Shown: positions 39,431-49,351 of the stretch, piece after piece
How the letters are laid out: every line of letters starts with the position of its first letter
Numbering within the stretch: the first letter of the stretch is position 1
Assembly (NCBI GenBank): GCA_963674755.2
Contig: CAXXVS010000003.1
Location: forward strand, 928,001-992,000
Length of the DNA: 64,000 nt
DNA from: Desulfobacterales bacterium
Lineage (GTDB): Bacteria; Desulfobacterota; Desulfobacteria; Desulfobacterales; UBA5852
Direction: 5' to 3'
Made by a program: the position numbers and the translations under genes
The notes under the pieces: model-generated
What the model saw: the letters and a program-made list of their open reading frames with translations, nothing else
Told to the model about the DNA's origin: nothing
Databases searched by the model: none

Positions 39431-39808
39431 ATGCCCAGCAATCCGCACGCGTTTGGTCAGCAGGCCGAAACGATGGCGGCCCGCTTCCTCAAGAAACAGG
39501 GCTATAAAATCATCGTCCGCAATCACCGTACCCGCAGCGGCGAAATCGACATCATCGCCCGGGAGGGCGAAACCTTGGTCTTTGTCGAAGTCAAAGCGCG
39601 CACTTCAGAGCGCTACGGCAGTGCCAAGGCGGCCGTGACCCCCCAGAAGCAGCGGCAGATCGCCAAGGTGGCCCTGGGCTATCTCAAAATGACCGATCAA
39701 TCCTATGCCAAGGCCCGTTTCGATGTGGTCACCGTGACGCGCCGTGTCAAAGGCCACGATATCCATCTCATCCGCAATGCTTTTGGGCTGAACGATGACC
39801 GCGTCTGA
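39431..39808 (+). CDS. yraN: YraN family PD-(D/E)XK protein
   Basis: GEIDIIA, LVFVEVK, RFDVV. Confidence 0.92.
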   Translation: MPSNPHAFGQQAETMAARFLKKQGYKIIVRNHRTRSGEIDIIAREGETLVFVEVKARTSERYGSAKAAVTPQKQRQIAKVALGYLKMTDQSYAKARFDVVTVTRRVKGHDIHLIRNAFGLNDDRV

Positions 39809-40679
39809 CGGGATGACGGGCGGGATGCTGTATGTCGTGGCCACCCCCATCGGCAACATGGATGACATTACGCTGCGCGCCCTGAAGATTTTGCAGGCCG
39901 TCGACCGGATCGCCGCTGAAGATACCCGCCATACCGGGCGCCTGCTGAATCACCACGGTATCCAAACCCCCCTTGTCTCCTATCATGAACACAATGAGCG
40001 CCAGCGCACCGCGGAACTTCTGGCTGCTCTGGAACAGGGGGCATCGATCGCCCTGGTGTCCGATGCGGGAACTCCGGCCATTTCCGATCCGGGCTACGTG
40101 CTCGTGCACGAAGCGGTGCAGAAGGGGATAGCGGTTTCGCCGATCCCCGGGGCTTCGGCCCTTGTGGCCGCCCTTTCGGCGTCCGGTTTAGCCACCGATG
40201 CTTTTGTCTTTATGGGGTTCCCCGCCCGTAAAGCGGGCCGACGCCAGCGCGCGCTGGCGTCGCTGAAGGAAGAGCGCCGGACCTTGATCTGGTATGAATC
40301 GCCCCATCGCATCGCGGCTTTTATAGAAGACGTGCGGCGGGTCATGGGGGACCGGTTCGCGGTCATCGGCCGGGAAATGACCAAGCACTACGAAGAGTTT
40401 TTGCGCGGCCCCCTCTCGGAACTGGCCAGGACGCTGGAGGCACGTGGTGACATCAAGGGTGAAATCACCCTGCTGGTCGCCGGCTGTGACGGTACACCGC
40501 CGGAAAGCGCGGCCTCACTGGAAGAAGCAATCGTTCAGGCGCTTCAGGCGGGGGATAAGAGTCATTCGGCCCTGGCCCGGGAAATGGCTTCGGCTTTCGG
40601 GATCTCCCGGCGGGAGGCGTATGACCGCATCCTGGCCCTGCGCCAGGGGTTGGATTCGGCCGGTGATGGGAACGCGTAG
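39795..40679 (+). CDS. rsmI: 16S rRNA (cytidine(1402)-2'-O)-methyltransferase
   Basis: VATPIGN, AEDTR, SDAGTP, YESPHR, REMTK. Confidence 0.96.
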   Translation: MTASDGMTGGMLYVVATPIGNMDDITLRALKILQAVDRIAAEDTRHTGRLLNHHGIQTPLVSYHEHNERQRTAELLAALEQGASIALVSDAGTPAISDPGYVLVHEAVQKGIAVSPIPGASALVAALSASGLATDAFVFMGFPARKAGRRQRALASLKEERRTLIWYESPHRIAAFIEDVRRVMGDRFAVIGREMTKHYEEFLRGPLSELARTLEARGDIKGEITLLVAGCDGTPPESAASLEEAIVQALQAGDKSHSALAREMASAFGISRREAYDRILALRQGLDSAGDGNA

Positions 40680-40792
40680 CAATTTGTTTGTACCTGGTCT
40701 GAAATCCGTGCCTTCGCGGCGCGCAACGCCCCTCCCGGCCGGGAAGACGGCAAGCGGGCCGCAGGGTGACGAAACCCTATAGGGAGTAATGA

Positions 40793-42961
40793 ATGGAGAA
40801 AATAGAAGCGATTTTTTCTCCCGGATCGGTGGCGGTGGTCGGTGCCTCCACCACACCCGGGAAGGTTGGCCACGATATCTTCGCCAATATCCTGCGCGGC
40901 GGCTACAAGGGCGTTCTCTACCCCGTCAACCCGACGGCCAAATCGGTGCTCAGTGTCCGGGCTTACGGCACCATCAGCGATATTCCGGACGAGGTCGATT
41001 TGGCCATGATCATCCTTCCCCCGCGACTTGCCGTGAAGGCGATCGATGACGCGATTCACAAAGGGGTCAAGGGGGTGGTGGTCGTATCGGCCGGTTTTCG
41101 GGAGGTTGGCCCGGAAGGGCGGGCGGTTGAGGACCGCATTGTCGCCATGTGCCGCGAGGCCGGGGTGCGCATGGTGGGCCCCAATTGCCTGGGGGTGATC
41201 AACCCCCATACCGATGTCCGCCTGAATGCCAGTTTTTCTTCGCGCATGCCCAATTCAGGGAACATCTCCTTCATTTCCCAAAGCGGGGCGCTGTGCACGG
41301 CCGTTCTCGATTTTGCGGCTGCCCGGGATTTCGGCTTCTCCAAGTTTATTTCCATCGGCAACAAGGCCGATGTGAACGAACTGGATTTGCTCCAGTACCT
41401 GCACCGGGATCTGGATACGGACGTCATTATGCTCTACATCGAAGAGCTGCGGCGGGGCGCGGAATTCGTGGAGGTTGTCAAAAACATCACCTCCGGCAAC
41501 CGCCCCACACCGGTTTTGGTCATCAAATCCGGCCGGACGGTGGCCGGCGCCCAGGCCGCCGCTTCCCATACCGGTGCCCTGGCCGGCACCGAAGCTGTCT
41601 ACGACGCCATCTTCGAACAGTCCGGGGTGATTCGGGTAGACACCATCGATGAATTGTTCGATTTTGCCAGTGCTTTCGCCTTCAAGGCGGAGAGCACCCT
41701 GGGCAAGGTCGCCCGGCGTATTCCCAACGGCAACCGGGTGGCCATCGTGACCAATGCCGGCGGTCCCGGTATTGTGGCGACGGATATGACGGTTTCTTCC
41801 GGTCTGCAGCTGGCCCAACTGACGCCGGAAACGATCGAGGTGCTGGCCAGCCATCTGCCTTCCACCGCCAATATCCACAATCCGGTGGACGTCATCGGGG
41901 ATGCCACCCAGGATCGTTACGAGAACGCTTTGGCGGCGGTTGTTCGGGATGAAGGCGTCGACGGCGCGCTGGTCATCCTGACCCCCCAGTCCATGACCAA
42001 TGCGCTGGAAACCGCCAAGGCCATCACCAGGGTTGCCCGCAACGCTCACAAACCGATTCTGTGCAGTTTCATGGGGATCGTCGATGTGTCGGCCGGGGTC
42101 CAATATCTCCAGGAGCAGGGCTATCCGGTCTACCGCTTTCCGGAGAATGCCGCCAAGTCATTCGGTGCCCTCTACCGTTATTCCCGCTGGCTCAACCGTC
42201 AGACGCTGGCACCCCACCGGTTCAGTCATGACACGGACCGGGCGCGCGCCATCATCGCCCAGTGCCGGCAAGAGGGCCGCACGGCCATTGGAGAACTCGA
42301 AGGGGCCCGTATCCTGGAATGCTACGGGTTCCATGTGTTGCCGACCCACCTGGCACACAGCCCGGAGGAGGCGGCCGATCTGGCCCAGGATATGGCCTTC
42401 CCGGTGGTCATGAAGATCGTTTCGCCCCAGATCCTGCACAAATCCGATGCCGGAGGGGTGGTGGTCGGGATCACGACGCCGGAAGAGGCCCGGGCGGCCT
42501 ACGAACGGATCGTGAGCAACGCCCGCGCCTATCAGCCGGAGGCTGAAATCGAGGGCGTCCTGGTGGTAAAAATGGCACCGGCCGGTCAGGAGACCATCCT
42601 GGGGATGAATCGCTATCCCGGTTTTGGTCCGCTGCTCATGTTCGGTTTCGGCGGCGTTTTTGTGGAAGTCTTCAAGGACGTCACCTTTCGCCTGGCCCCG
42701 GTCGGTCGCAATGAAGCCCGCCGCATGCTCAATGCGGTCCGCGCCGTCAAGCTGCTCAAGGGTTTTCGCGGGACGCCGGCCGCGGATACGGGTGCCATCG
42801 AAGAGGCCATCGTCCGGTTGTCGGACCTTGCCCTGGCGCATCCGGAAATTGCCGAACTCGATATCAACCCCCTGTTGGCCCATCCCCAGGGGCAAGGCGT
42901 CACGGTTGCGGACTGCCGTATGATTTTAACGCCCCTCGAAGCGCAAGCAAGCGAAGCCTAG
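40793..42961 (+). CDS. ADP-forming acetate/acyl-CoA ligase (fused alpha-beta)
   Basis: VGAS, GPNCLG, SQSG, ASHTG (phospho-His), NPVD, HKSD, ELDINP; no C-terminal GNAT. Confidence 0.92.
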   Translation: MEKIEAIFSPGSVAVVGASTTPGKVGHDIFANILRGGYKGVLYPVNPTAKSVLSVRAYGTISDIPDEVDLAMIILPPRLAVKAIDDAIHKGVKGVVVVSAGFREVGPEGRAVEDRIVAMCREAGVRMVGPNCLGVINPHTDVRLNASFSSRMPNSGNISFISQSGALCTAVLDFAAARDFGFSKFISIGNKADVNELDLLQYLHRDLDTDVIMLYIEELRRGAEFVEVVKNITSGNRPTPVLVIKSGRTVAGAQAAASHTGALAGTEAVYDAIFEQSGVIRVDTIDELFDFASAFAFKAESTLGKVARRIPNGNRVAIVTNAGGPGIVATDMTVSSGLQLAQLTPETIEVLASHLPSTANIHNPVDVIGDATQDRYENALAAVVRDEGVDGALVILTPQSMTNALETAKAITRVARNAHKPILCSFMGIVDVSAGVQYLQEQGYPVYRFPENAAKSFGALYRYSRWLNRQTLAPHRFSHDTDRARAIIAQCRQEGRTAIGELEGARILECYGFHVLPTHLAHSPEEAADLAQDMAFPVVMKIVSPQILHKSDAGGVVVGITTPEEARAAYERIVSNARAYQPEAEIEGVLVVKMAPAGQETILGMNRYPGFGPLLMFGFGGVFVEVFKDVTFRLAPVGRNEARRMLNAVRAVKLLKGFRGTPAADTGAIEEAIVRLSDLALAHPEIAELDINPLLAHPQGQGVTVADCRMILTPLEAQASEA

Positions 42962-42975
42962 GAGATTCAAGCGGA

Positions 42976-43572
42976 ATGACCTCCTCGGGATCACGCCGGG
43001 TACTCAAGCCGGTTCTCGTGGCTGTACCCGCACGAATCCAGGGGTGGACGGGGCCGCGTCGCGTGCGCGCCTTGAGCCGGCTGGCGCGGGCGGCGGCCCG
43101 GATGTCGGCCCGTAGCGCCGGTGGCGTTCTGGGGCGCCTGGCCAAAGATCCCGACGGTGTGCCCCTGCCGACCAACGGATGGCACTGGTCGGTGGCCCAC
43201 AAACCGGGTTATGTGGCCGGCGTGGCGGGGACGGGGCCCCTGGGCATCGACATCGAGCCCGTAACACCCCGCAACCGCAATTTGTTCAGCAAGATTGCCA
43301 CGCCGGAGGAATGGCGCCTGGGCCATGAAGAGGAGTGGTATCTTTTCTACCGGTTCTGGACCGCGAAAGAGGCGGTCTTGAAGGCGGTCGGGTTGGGGTT
43401 GAAGGGGCTTTCCCGCTGTCGCGTGGTGGCGATCGACGCCCCCTTACGGATGACGCTGGAATTCGAGGGCCGGTGTTGGCCGGTGGCGCAAGTCTATCGG
43501 AACGGCTATCTGGCCGCCCTGGCAGCGCAAGATTGGCGGGTGCACTGGATTTGGTCGGATATCACTCCCTGA
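42976..43572 (+). CDS. Sfp-type 4'-phosphopantetheinyl transferase
   Basis: SVAH, GIDIE, FWTAKEAVLKA. Confidence 0.85.
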   Translation: MTSSGSRRVLKPVLVAVPARIQGWTGPRRVRALSRLARAAARMSARSAGGVLGRLAKDPDGVPLPTNGWHWSVAHKPGYVAGVAGTGPLGIDIEPVTPRNRNLFSKIATPEEWRLGHEEEWYLFYRFWTAKEAVLKAVGLGLKGLSRCRVVAIDAPLRMTLEFEGRCWPVAQVYRNGYLAALAAQDWRVHWIWSDITP

Positions 43573-43584
43573 CGGAAGGAACCG

Positions 43585-44163
43585 TTACAGGGAGGGGATG
43601 GGTTCGATTTTAAAAATGGAACTGCATTTTTTGCAGCGGGTGGTGATGCCGACCTGGTCGTCGCGGATCGCGTAGCGCTGGCCACAGTGGGGACAGGCGG
43701 TTTTGGCCATAACCGGTTGCGTCACCACGGGTTGGCTGCTTTCCGCCGCCGCCCGGATGGTTTCAGGATCCAGGAGGCCGTCGGTGGTCTGGTTGGTTTC
43801 TTCTTCCACCCGCCGCTTTTTTTCCAGGTAAGCCTCGTATTTCGTAAAAATGATGCCGCAGCGCAGGCATTCCAGAGCATTCTCCGGGTTTCCGAAACCA
43901 CATTTCGGGCAGGGGTTTTTCGGGGTCGGCGGCGCGGGTGACGCCACAGGGCCTGTTTCCGTCAGGTCAGTTTCAGGCATGTGCTCCTCCCTGGTGGAGG
44001 CTTCCGTAGGTTTTCCGGAGGCAGAATCGTCATCCTCGGAGAATTGCAATGGTGCGTCGTCACGGTGGGTCATTTTCTGTTCGACATAGGCGTAGTCGAT
44101 GCCGCATTGGGGACACTCGCGGTCTCCGGGTTTACGCGGATAGTCACATCGCGGGCATTTCAT
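43585..44163 (-). CDS. Hypothetical protein with three zinc-ribbon modules
   Basis: CPRC..CPQC, CPKC..CLRC, CPHC..CKKC separated by acidic/Pro-rich linkers. Confidence 0.75.
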   Translation of the reverse strand: MKCPRCDYPRKPGDRECPQCGIDYAYVEQKMTHRDDAPLQFSEDDDSASGKPTEASTREEHMPETDLTETGPVASPAPPTPKNPCPKCGFGNPENALECLRCGIIFTKYEAYLEKKRRVEEETNQTTDGLLDPETIRAAAESSQPVVTQPVMAKTACPHCGQRYAIRDDQVGITTRCKKCSSIFKIEPIPSL

Positions 44164-44348
44164 GAGACACTCCGAAAAGTAGCGTCCGAACGCAATTCAG
44201 ATCCCATCTTGAGCACTCTTTAATTGAACGGTGGGGCAGACCGCCGAGCGCTTTTGCCGAATGTATCAAAGATGCTGCCGCTCTGGGGGTGAAACGCCGC
44301 GATTAGTGCGATTCCACAATCTGCCAATGCCCTAGCGCATGCCTATTA

Positions 44349-44387
44349 TGACACCACAAATGTAGCAGAAATTTTTTTTGGTGTCAA
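44349..44387 (-). promoter_or_regulatory. sigma70 promoter for the zinc-ribbon gene, overlapped by an inverted repeat
   Basis: Minus strand TTGACA-N17-TACATT (44387-44359); IR TGACACCA (44349-44356) / TGGTGTCA (44379-44386). Confidence 0.55.
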
Positions 44388-44648
44388 AACAGACCAGATG
44401 ATTAGCGGGCCTCCCCGACACCGGGCCGCCGGCTAAGCGCAGGGCCGAAGGCGCGTGATGCATTGGGCTTGCATGCCTCCGATGCTTGTGGGTATAGTTC
44501 AACGATCAACCAGACGACACCACGGTTTTTGTCGCTGCTGCAGCCCAACGCCTGCCGCGCGGGAAGGCGCGATTGGTTTCCTTCGTTTCAACGGGGATTC
44601 TCAAATTGCTGCGGTCTTTGGCCCAAGGCGCCCGAAAGGAGACGGTTC

Positions 44649-46151
44649 ATGCACGATTTAACCCTTTACGATTTGTTCCACCGCAACGCTTTGTTGCATG
44701 GCAATCGCCCGGCCCTCAAAAGCGATGAGGGGCAGGTGACGTTCCGCCAGCTGGCCGACCGATCGGCGTCGCTGGCCCGGATCCTGGTCCGGAAAGGGGT
44801 GACCAAGGGCGACCGTTTAGGTCTTATGGCCTATAACAGCGAAGCCTGTTTGCTCGTCATGGGTGCGGCGGCCTGCCTGGGGGCCATTTTAGTCCCCCTG
44901 AACTGGCGCCTGGCCATCGAAGAACTCCATCATATTGTGACGGATGCCGAACCCGTATGGCTGTTTTTTGATGACGCCCATGCGGCGGCCGTGGAAAGCC
45001 TGTCGGCCATGAGCGGCTTTCCGGATCATCAAACCCGCCTGGAGGCCCTGCCCGACCTGCTCGATAACGACCGCGGGGATCGGTCCTGGAATCCCGACGA
45101 TCATCCGGTGGCCGGCGACGATCCCTATTGCCTCATTTACACGGCCGCGGTCGAAGGCCGCTCGCGGGGGGCGGTGCTGAGCCATCATAATTTCATTTAC
45201 AGTAACATCCAGACCATTGCGACCCTGGGGCTGACCTCCCGGGATGCCTACCTGAACATGCTGCCCCTCTTCCATATCACCGGACTCAATCTGGCTCTCT
45301 CGGTCATGCATGTGGGCGGTCTGAATGTGATCATGGACCGCTTCGATGCCCAGCGGGCTATTGCATGGATCGCGAAAGCCAAGGTCACGCTGTTGGGCAG
45401 TTTCCCGCCAATTTTGAGCAAGCTTTCAGAGGCCCTCGATCAGGATCCCCAGGATCTCACCTCCCTCAAACACATTATGGGACTCGACCATCCCGACGCC
45501 ATCGCGGCTTTCGAGCAGCGGACCGGCTGCCGGTTCTGGACGCTGTACGGCCAGACGGAGACCTCCGGTTTCGTGACCCTGTCGCCGGTGTCTGAAAACC
45601 CCGGTTCGGCCGGCCGGCAGGGGCTCTTGACCTCCTACCGCATCGTGGACGAGCAGGACAATGAAGTGCCCGGCGGTGAAACCGGTGAAATTGTCGTCCG
45701 GGGACCGCTGGTCTTCCTGGGGTTCTGGCGGCAGGAGGTCTACAATGAGAAAATTTTCCGCAACGGCTGGCATCATACCGGCGATCTCGGCTGTGTGGAT
45801 GCCGAAGGGACGCTTTGGTTCAAGGGCCGCAAGCCCGAAAAAGAACTCATCAAACCGGGGGGTGAAAATGTCTATCCGGCCGAGGTGGAAGCGGTTATCC
45901 TGACCCATGAGGCCGTGGCCGAGGTGGCGGTGATCGGGGTGCCGGACCCGCAATTCGGCGAGGGCATCAAGGCCGTTTGCGTTCTTGAAGCCGGCCGGAC
46001 GGTTTCAGCGGAGGACCTGGCGGAGTTCGTGGCGGGCCGCATCGCACGCTACAAGAAACCCCGCTATGTGATCTTCGTGGAGCGGCTGCCCAAAAAAACG
46101 GACGGCACCACCGACCGGGAACAGGTGAAAGCGCTTTACGGCCAAGCTTAA
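44649..46151 (+). CDS. AMP-binding (acyl-CoA synthetase-like) protein with divergent core motifs
   Basis: AAGGAG RBS; LPLFH, YGQTE, WHHTGD, GGENVYPAEVE; P-loop reads YTAAVEGRSRG. Confidence 0.88.
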   Translation: MHDLTLYDLFHRNALLHGNRPALKSDEGQVTFRQLADRSASLARILVRKGVTKGDRLGLMAYNSEACLLVMGAAACLGAILVPLNWRLAIEELHHIVTDAEPVWLFFDDAHAAAVESLSAMSGFPDHQTRLEALPDLLDNDRGDRSWNPDDHPVAGDDPYCLIYTAAVEGRSRGAVLSHHNFIYSNIQTIATLGLTSRDAYLNMLPLFHITGLNLALSVMHVGGLNVIMDRFDAQRAIAWIAKAKVTLLGSFPPILSKLSEALDQDPQDLTSLKHIMGLDHPDAIAAFEQRTGCRFWTLYGQTETSGFVTLSPVSENPGSAGRQGLLTSYRIVDEQDNEVPGGETGEIVVRGPLVFLGFWRQEVYNEKIFRNGWHHTGDLGCVDAEGTLWFKGRKPEKELIKPGGENVYPAEVEAVILTHEAVAEVAVIGVPDPQFGEGIKAVCVLEAGRTVSAEDLAEFVAGRIARYKKPRYVIFVERLPKKTDGTTDREQVKALYGQA

Positions 46152-46236
46152 CGACCCTATTCATATCGATACAACGGCCTTCGGCCGCCAATGCATCCTG
46201 TCGGACAGCGTTGCGAAACCACGGAAAGGAAACTTC

Positions 46237-47826
46237 ATGGATGTCACATTTCACGGGGCGGTGCGGGAAGTAACCGGATCGGCCCATCTGCTGGGCAACG
46301 GCAATGATCGGATTTTGCTGGATTGCGGCATGTTTCAGGGCCGGCGCAAGGAGAGCAGCGAAAAGAACCGTCATTTGCCTTTTGACGGCCGTACGATAAC
46401 GAACGTGGTGCTCTCCCATGCCCATATCGACCATTCCGGAAGGATCCCCCTGCTGGCCCGCGAAGGATTTGCCGGGCGCGTTTTCGCCACCCGGGCCACC
46501 GCGGACGCCTGCGAATATCTCCTGACCGATGCTGCCCACATCCAGGAATCGGACGCGCTCTACCTGAACTATAAGATGGTGCGCGCCCATCTGTGCCAGA
46601 TGAAAGACGCCGGGGCGGGTAAAGGAACGCCATGCAACACCAACAGCGAGATCCGCAGGTTCCTCAAAAAAAGCGGCCACGAACTCAATGTGGACAACAT
46701 CAACGAGATGATCCGGGTTCACCATTTGGACCCGGTAACGCCGCTCTATACCATGCCTGATGCCGAGGCCTCCCTTACCCTTTTCGACGGCTATCCCTAC
46801 CGCAATCCCATCACCATCGGGAAGGATATGACCTGCACTTTCTACGACGCCGGCCACATCCTGGGGTCGGCCATCAGCATGGTCCAGGTGCGCCGCAACG
46901 GGCAGACCAAGACGATCTGTTTTACCGGCGACCTGGGACGTTTCGGCAAACCCATTCTGCGCGACCCGGTCCTGACCTTCCCGGAGGAACACCGTGCGAT
47001 CGATCTGCTGATCATGGAGAGCACTTACGGCGATCGTCTGCACGAACCGGTCATCGATCTCAAACCGCGCCTGCAGGCCGTGGTGACGGAGGCGGTCGCG
47101 CGCGGTGGCTCCATCCTGATCCCGTCCTTTGCCTTCGGCCGCACCCAGGAGCTGCTCTATGTCCTGCACGAGCTGTATATGGAAGGCAGCGTGCCGCGCC
47201 TGCCCGTCTTTGTGGACAGCCCCCTGGCGGTCAAGCTCACTAAAGTCTTCGGCGAACATCCGGAAGTCTATGATCGGGACACGCAAGAAACCTTTCTGCG
47301 AAGCGGGCAAAACCCGTTTATGTTCGATCAAATCCATTTTGTCCAATCCGTGGAGGAGTCCATCGCCCTGACCCGGGATGAAAAGCCCCACATCGTCATT
47401 TCAGCCTCGGGCATGTGTGAGGCGGGCCGTATCCTGCATCATTTGCGCTATCGGATCCACAATCCTAAAAATACGATTCTGATCGTGGGATTCATGGCCC
47501 AGCATACCCTGGGAAGACGCATCCTGGAATTGGGCGAGGCTTACGCGGCCGAAGGACGCAAAGGGCAGCCGCCAACGGTCAAATTTCTAAACAAGGAATA
47601 TCCCCTGGCAGCGCACGTGGTGAAGATCGGCGGGTTCAGCGCCCATGCGGACCGTGATGAAATGATGCATTTCCTGGAGGCTTCCAACCTCAAGATCAAA
47701 CGCATCGCCGTGGTTCATGGCGAAGAAGACCAGGCCCTGGCCTTTGCCGGCCACCTGGGCCAAAAGGGCTATGATGCTTTTGTCCCCCAGCTCGGTGAAT
47801 CCGTCACGATCGACGGCGCCGCCTAA
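46237..47826 (+). CDS. MBL/beta-CASP ribonuclease (YSH1/CPSF73-like)
   Basis: LDCG, SHAHIDH, AGHILG, TGDLG, MESTYG, FSAHAD, VHGE. Confidence 0.92.
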   Translation: MDVTFHGAVREVTGSAHLLGNGNDRILLDCGMFQGRRKESSEKNRHLPFDGRTITNVVLSHAHIDHSGRIPLLAREGFAGRVFATRATADACEYLLTDAAHIQESDALYLNYKMVRAHLCQMKDAGAGKGTPCNTNSEIRRFLKKSGHELNVDNINEMIRVHHLDPVTPLYTMPDAEASLTLFDGYPYRNPITIGKDMTCTFYDAGHILGSAISMVQVRRNGQTKTICFTGDLGRFGKPILRDPVLTFPEEHRAIDLLIMESTYGDRLHEPVIDLKPRLQAVVTEAVARGGSILIPSFAFGRTQELLYVLHELYMEGSVPRLPVFVDSPLAVKLTKVFGEHPEVYDRDTQETFLRSGQNPFMFDQIHFVQSVEESIALTRDEKPHIVISASGMCEAGRILHHLRYRIHNPKNTILIVGFMAQHTLGRRILELGEAYAAEGRKGQPPTVKFLNKEYPLAAHVVKIGGFSAHADRDEMMHFLEASNLKIKRIAVVHGEEDQALAFAGHLGQKGYDAFVPQLGESVTIDGAA

Positions 47827-48397
47827 CAGCAGCCGAATGCGGCGGGGGTGTCATGAATGGATCGGTGCCTTCTGCGCCATCCATGCATGGCCTTCCCCTG
47901 CCGACGGCCACCAGCCCTCACTGGAAACGGTTCCCCTATCGTTACGGTCTTGACGGGAGTGGATCGGCCCCTATTTTTATAATATTGGTAGCGGTATTCT
48001 GCTGATTATTGTTCCTCTGCTTTTCTCGCTGCCCGGAGCTGATGCGCTGGGGCGCATGCCTGCCCCGTTCGCCTGGCGGCCTATTCCTGCCCACGATCTG
48101 ACCTTCACACGTTGACGTTACGTCTTTCCGTGCGCTGATCAACGGCGGTGCCCGGCCGTGCTTCCGGCGGGCCATTATCACACGGCGCTGGCGCGCCCAT
48201 GGCAGAAAGGAAGTCCCATGCCTGGATTCTGCTTCAACGGAAGATCCAAAGTGCCGATAATCACGTCTCCGGGTTGGGCGTGTTGACCTGGAGACGGCAG
48301 GTTGGCGGGTGAAGGCGGCGATCGGAGCGGGGGCGGAGGCATGTCAGAAACGATGCCACCGCACCCGATGAGGCAATCTTGGACCAGGAGGCCGATC

Positions 48398-48592
48398 ATG
48401 AAATTCCAGGACTTTTTTGTGCCGCGGTGGCAGCACTCCAATCCGGATGTGCGCCAGAAAGCCGTGCTGCGACTGAATGACCCGGCGCTGCTGCGCCAGA
48501 TCATCGACAAGGACGATGATGAAATGGTGCGGTTGAGCGCCAAGGAGCGCTTGGTCGCGCTGAGCAGCGACAACGTTACCGTGGATGCTTAG
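48398..48592 (+). CDS. Small HEAT-like repeat protein (64 aa)
   Basis: AGGAGG RBS; HSNPDVRQKAV and DDDEMVRLSA HEAT/PBS-type repeats. Confidence 0.7.
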   Translation: MKFQDFFVPRWQHSNPDVRQKAVLRLNDPALLRQIIDKDDDEMVRLSAKERLVALSSDNVTVDA

Positions 48593-48875
48593 CAGATGGC
48601 CGCTGCGCGATGCCAGGTTTATCAGGGTGCCGGTATACGGAGCTGCATGCCGGCACCCCGTCATGTAATATGCCCCTTCACAGGATAGCGGCTTCCCAAG
48701 CCCGTTTCGAAATGGGAGCGATCCATCCCGGCCCTTTTCTTTTATGTCAGCCGTGTTATATTGAACCCCATCAATCCGCTGGCAGTATCGATCATGGCGA
48801 GGCGCCCTAGCAGGGGGCCTGCCTCTTGGATCGCGTTGCACAGGGGACAATCATCTTCAGGAGGGTTTCGATCGC

Positions 48876-49304
48876 ATGAAATATAAACAAGCTGTTTGCC
48901 TGGCCATCCTAGCGGCCGCGATGGTGTTAGGGCTCCATTCGTTGGATACGGTCCAGTCCGGTGAACAGATCAAATGGTATACCTACGATGAGGGCATGGC
49001 CAAAGCAAAGCAGACCGGCAAGAGCATCGTATTTTATTTCTACGCGGACTGGTGCAGTTATTGTGTCCGCATGCAGAAGGAAACCTTTTCCCACGCTTCG
49101 GTCATCGACTTCCTGAACAACAGGGTTATTGCCGTAAAAGTGGATGTCGACCAGAACAAGGACCTCGCCCGCACTTACCGGGTGCGTGGTCTTCCGGCGA
49201 CAGTTCTCCTGATGCGCAACGGGGAACAGGTGGGGCCAATGCCGGGCTTCATACCGGCCCAAAGCTATCTGGCCATGTTAACCAAAATCATGGAGCAATC
49301 CTGA
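48876..49304 (+). CDS. Exported thioredoxin-fold protein
   Basis: Signal peptide; WCSYC; cis-Pro GLPA; AGGAGG RBS. Confidence 0.9.
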   Translation: MKYKQAVCLAILAAAMVLGLHSLDTVQSGEQIKWYTYDEGMAKAKQTGKSIVFYFYADWCSYCVRMQKETFSHASVIDFLNNRVIAVKVDVDQNKDLARTYRVRGLPATVLLMRNGEQVGPMPGFIPAQSYLAMLTKIMEQS

Positions 49305-49317
49305 ACCGTTTCCCGCT

Positions 49318-49347
49318 CGCTTCCGTTCGCGGATGCGGCGTTTTTTT
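49318..49347 (+). terminator. Possible intrinsic terminator after the thioredoxin gene
   Basis: Stem CGC-TCCG / CGGA-GCG with TTCG loop, followed by T7. Confidence 0.5.
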
Positions 49348-49351
49348 ACGC

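Noticed and set aside
40793..42961. Pat/PatZ-type protein acetyltransferase
   Set aside because: No GNAT domain, and both catalytic His motifs are kept, so it is an ADP-forming ligase
44164..44648. Riboswitch in the long divergent intergenic region
   Set aside because: No TPP, cobalamin, SAM or c-di-GMP consensus found on either strand
47951..48116. Short hydrophobic + strand reading frame (YFYNIGSGILLIIVPLL...)
   Set aside because: No start codon before the hydrophobic stretch and no RBS
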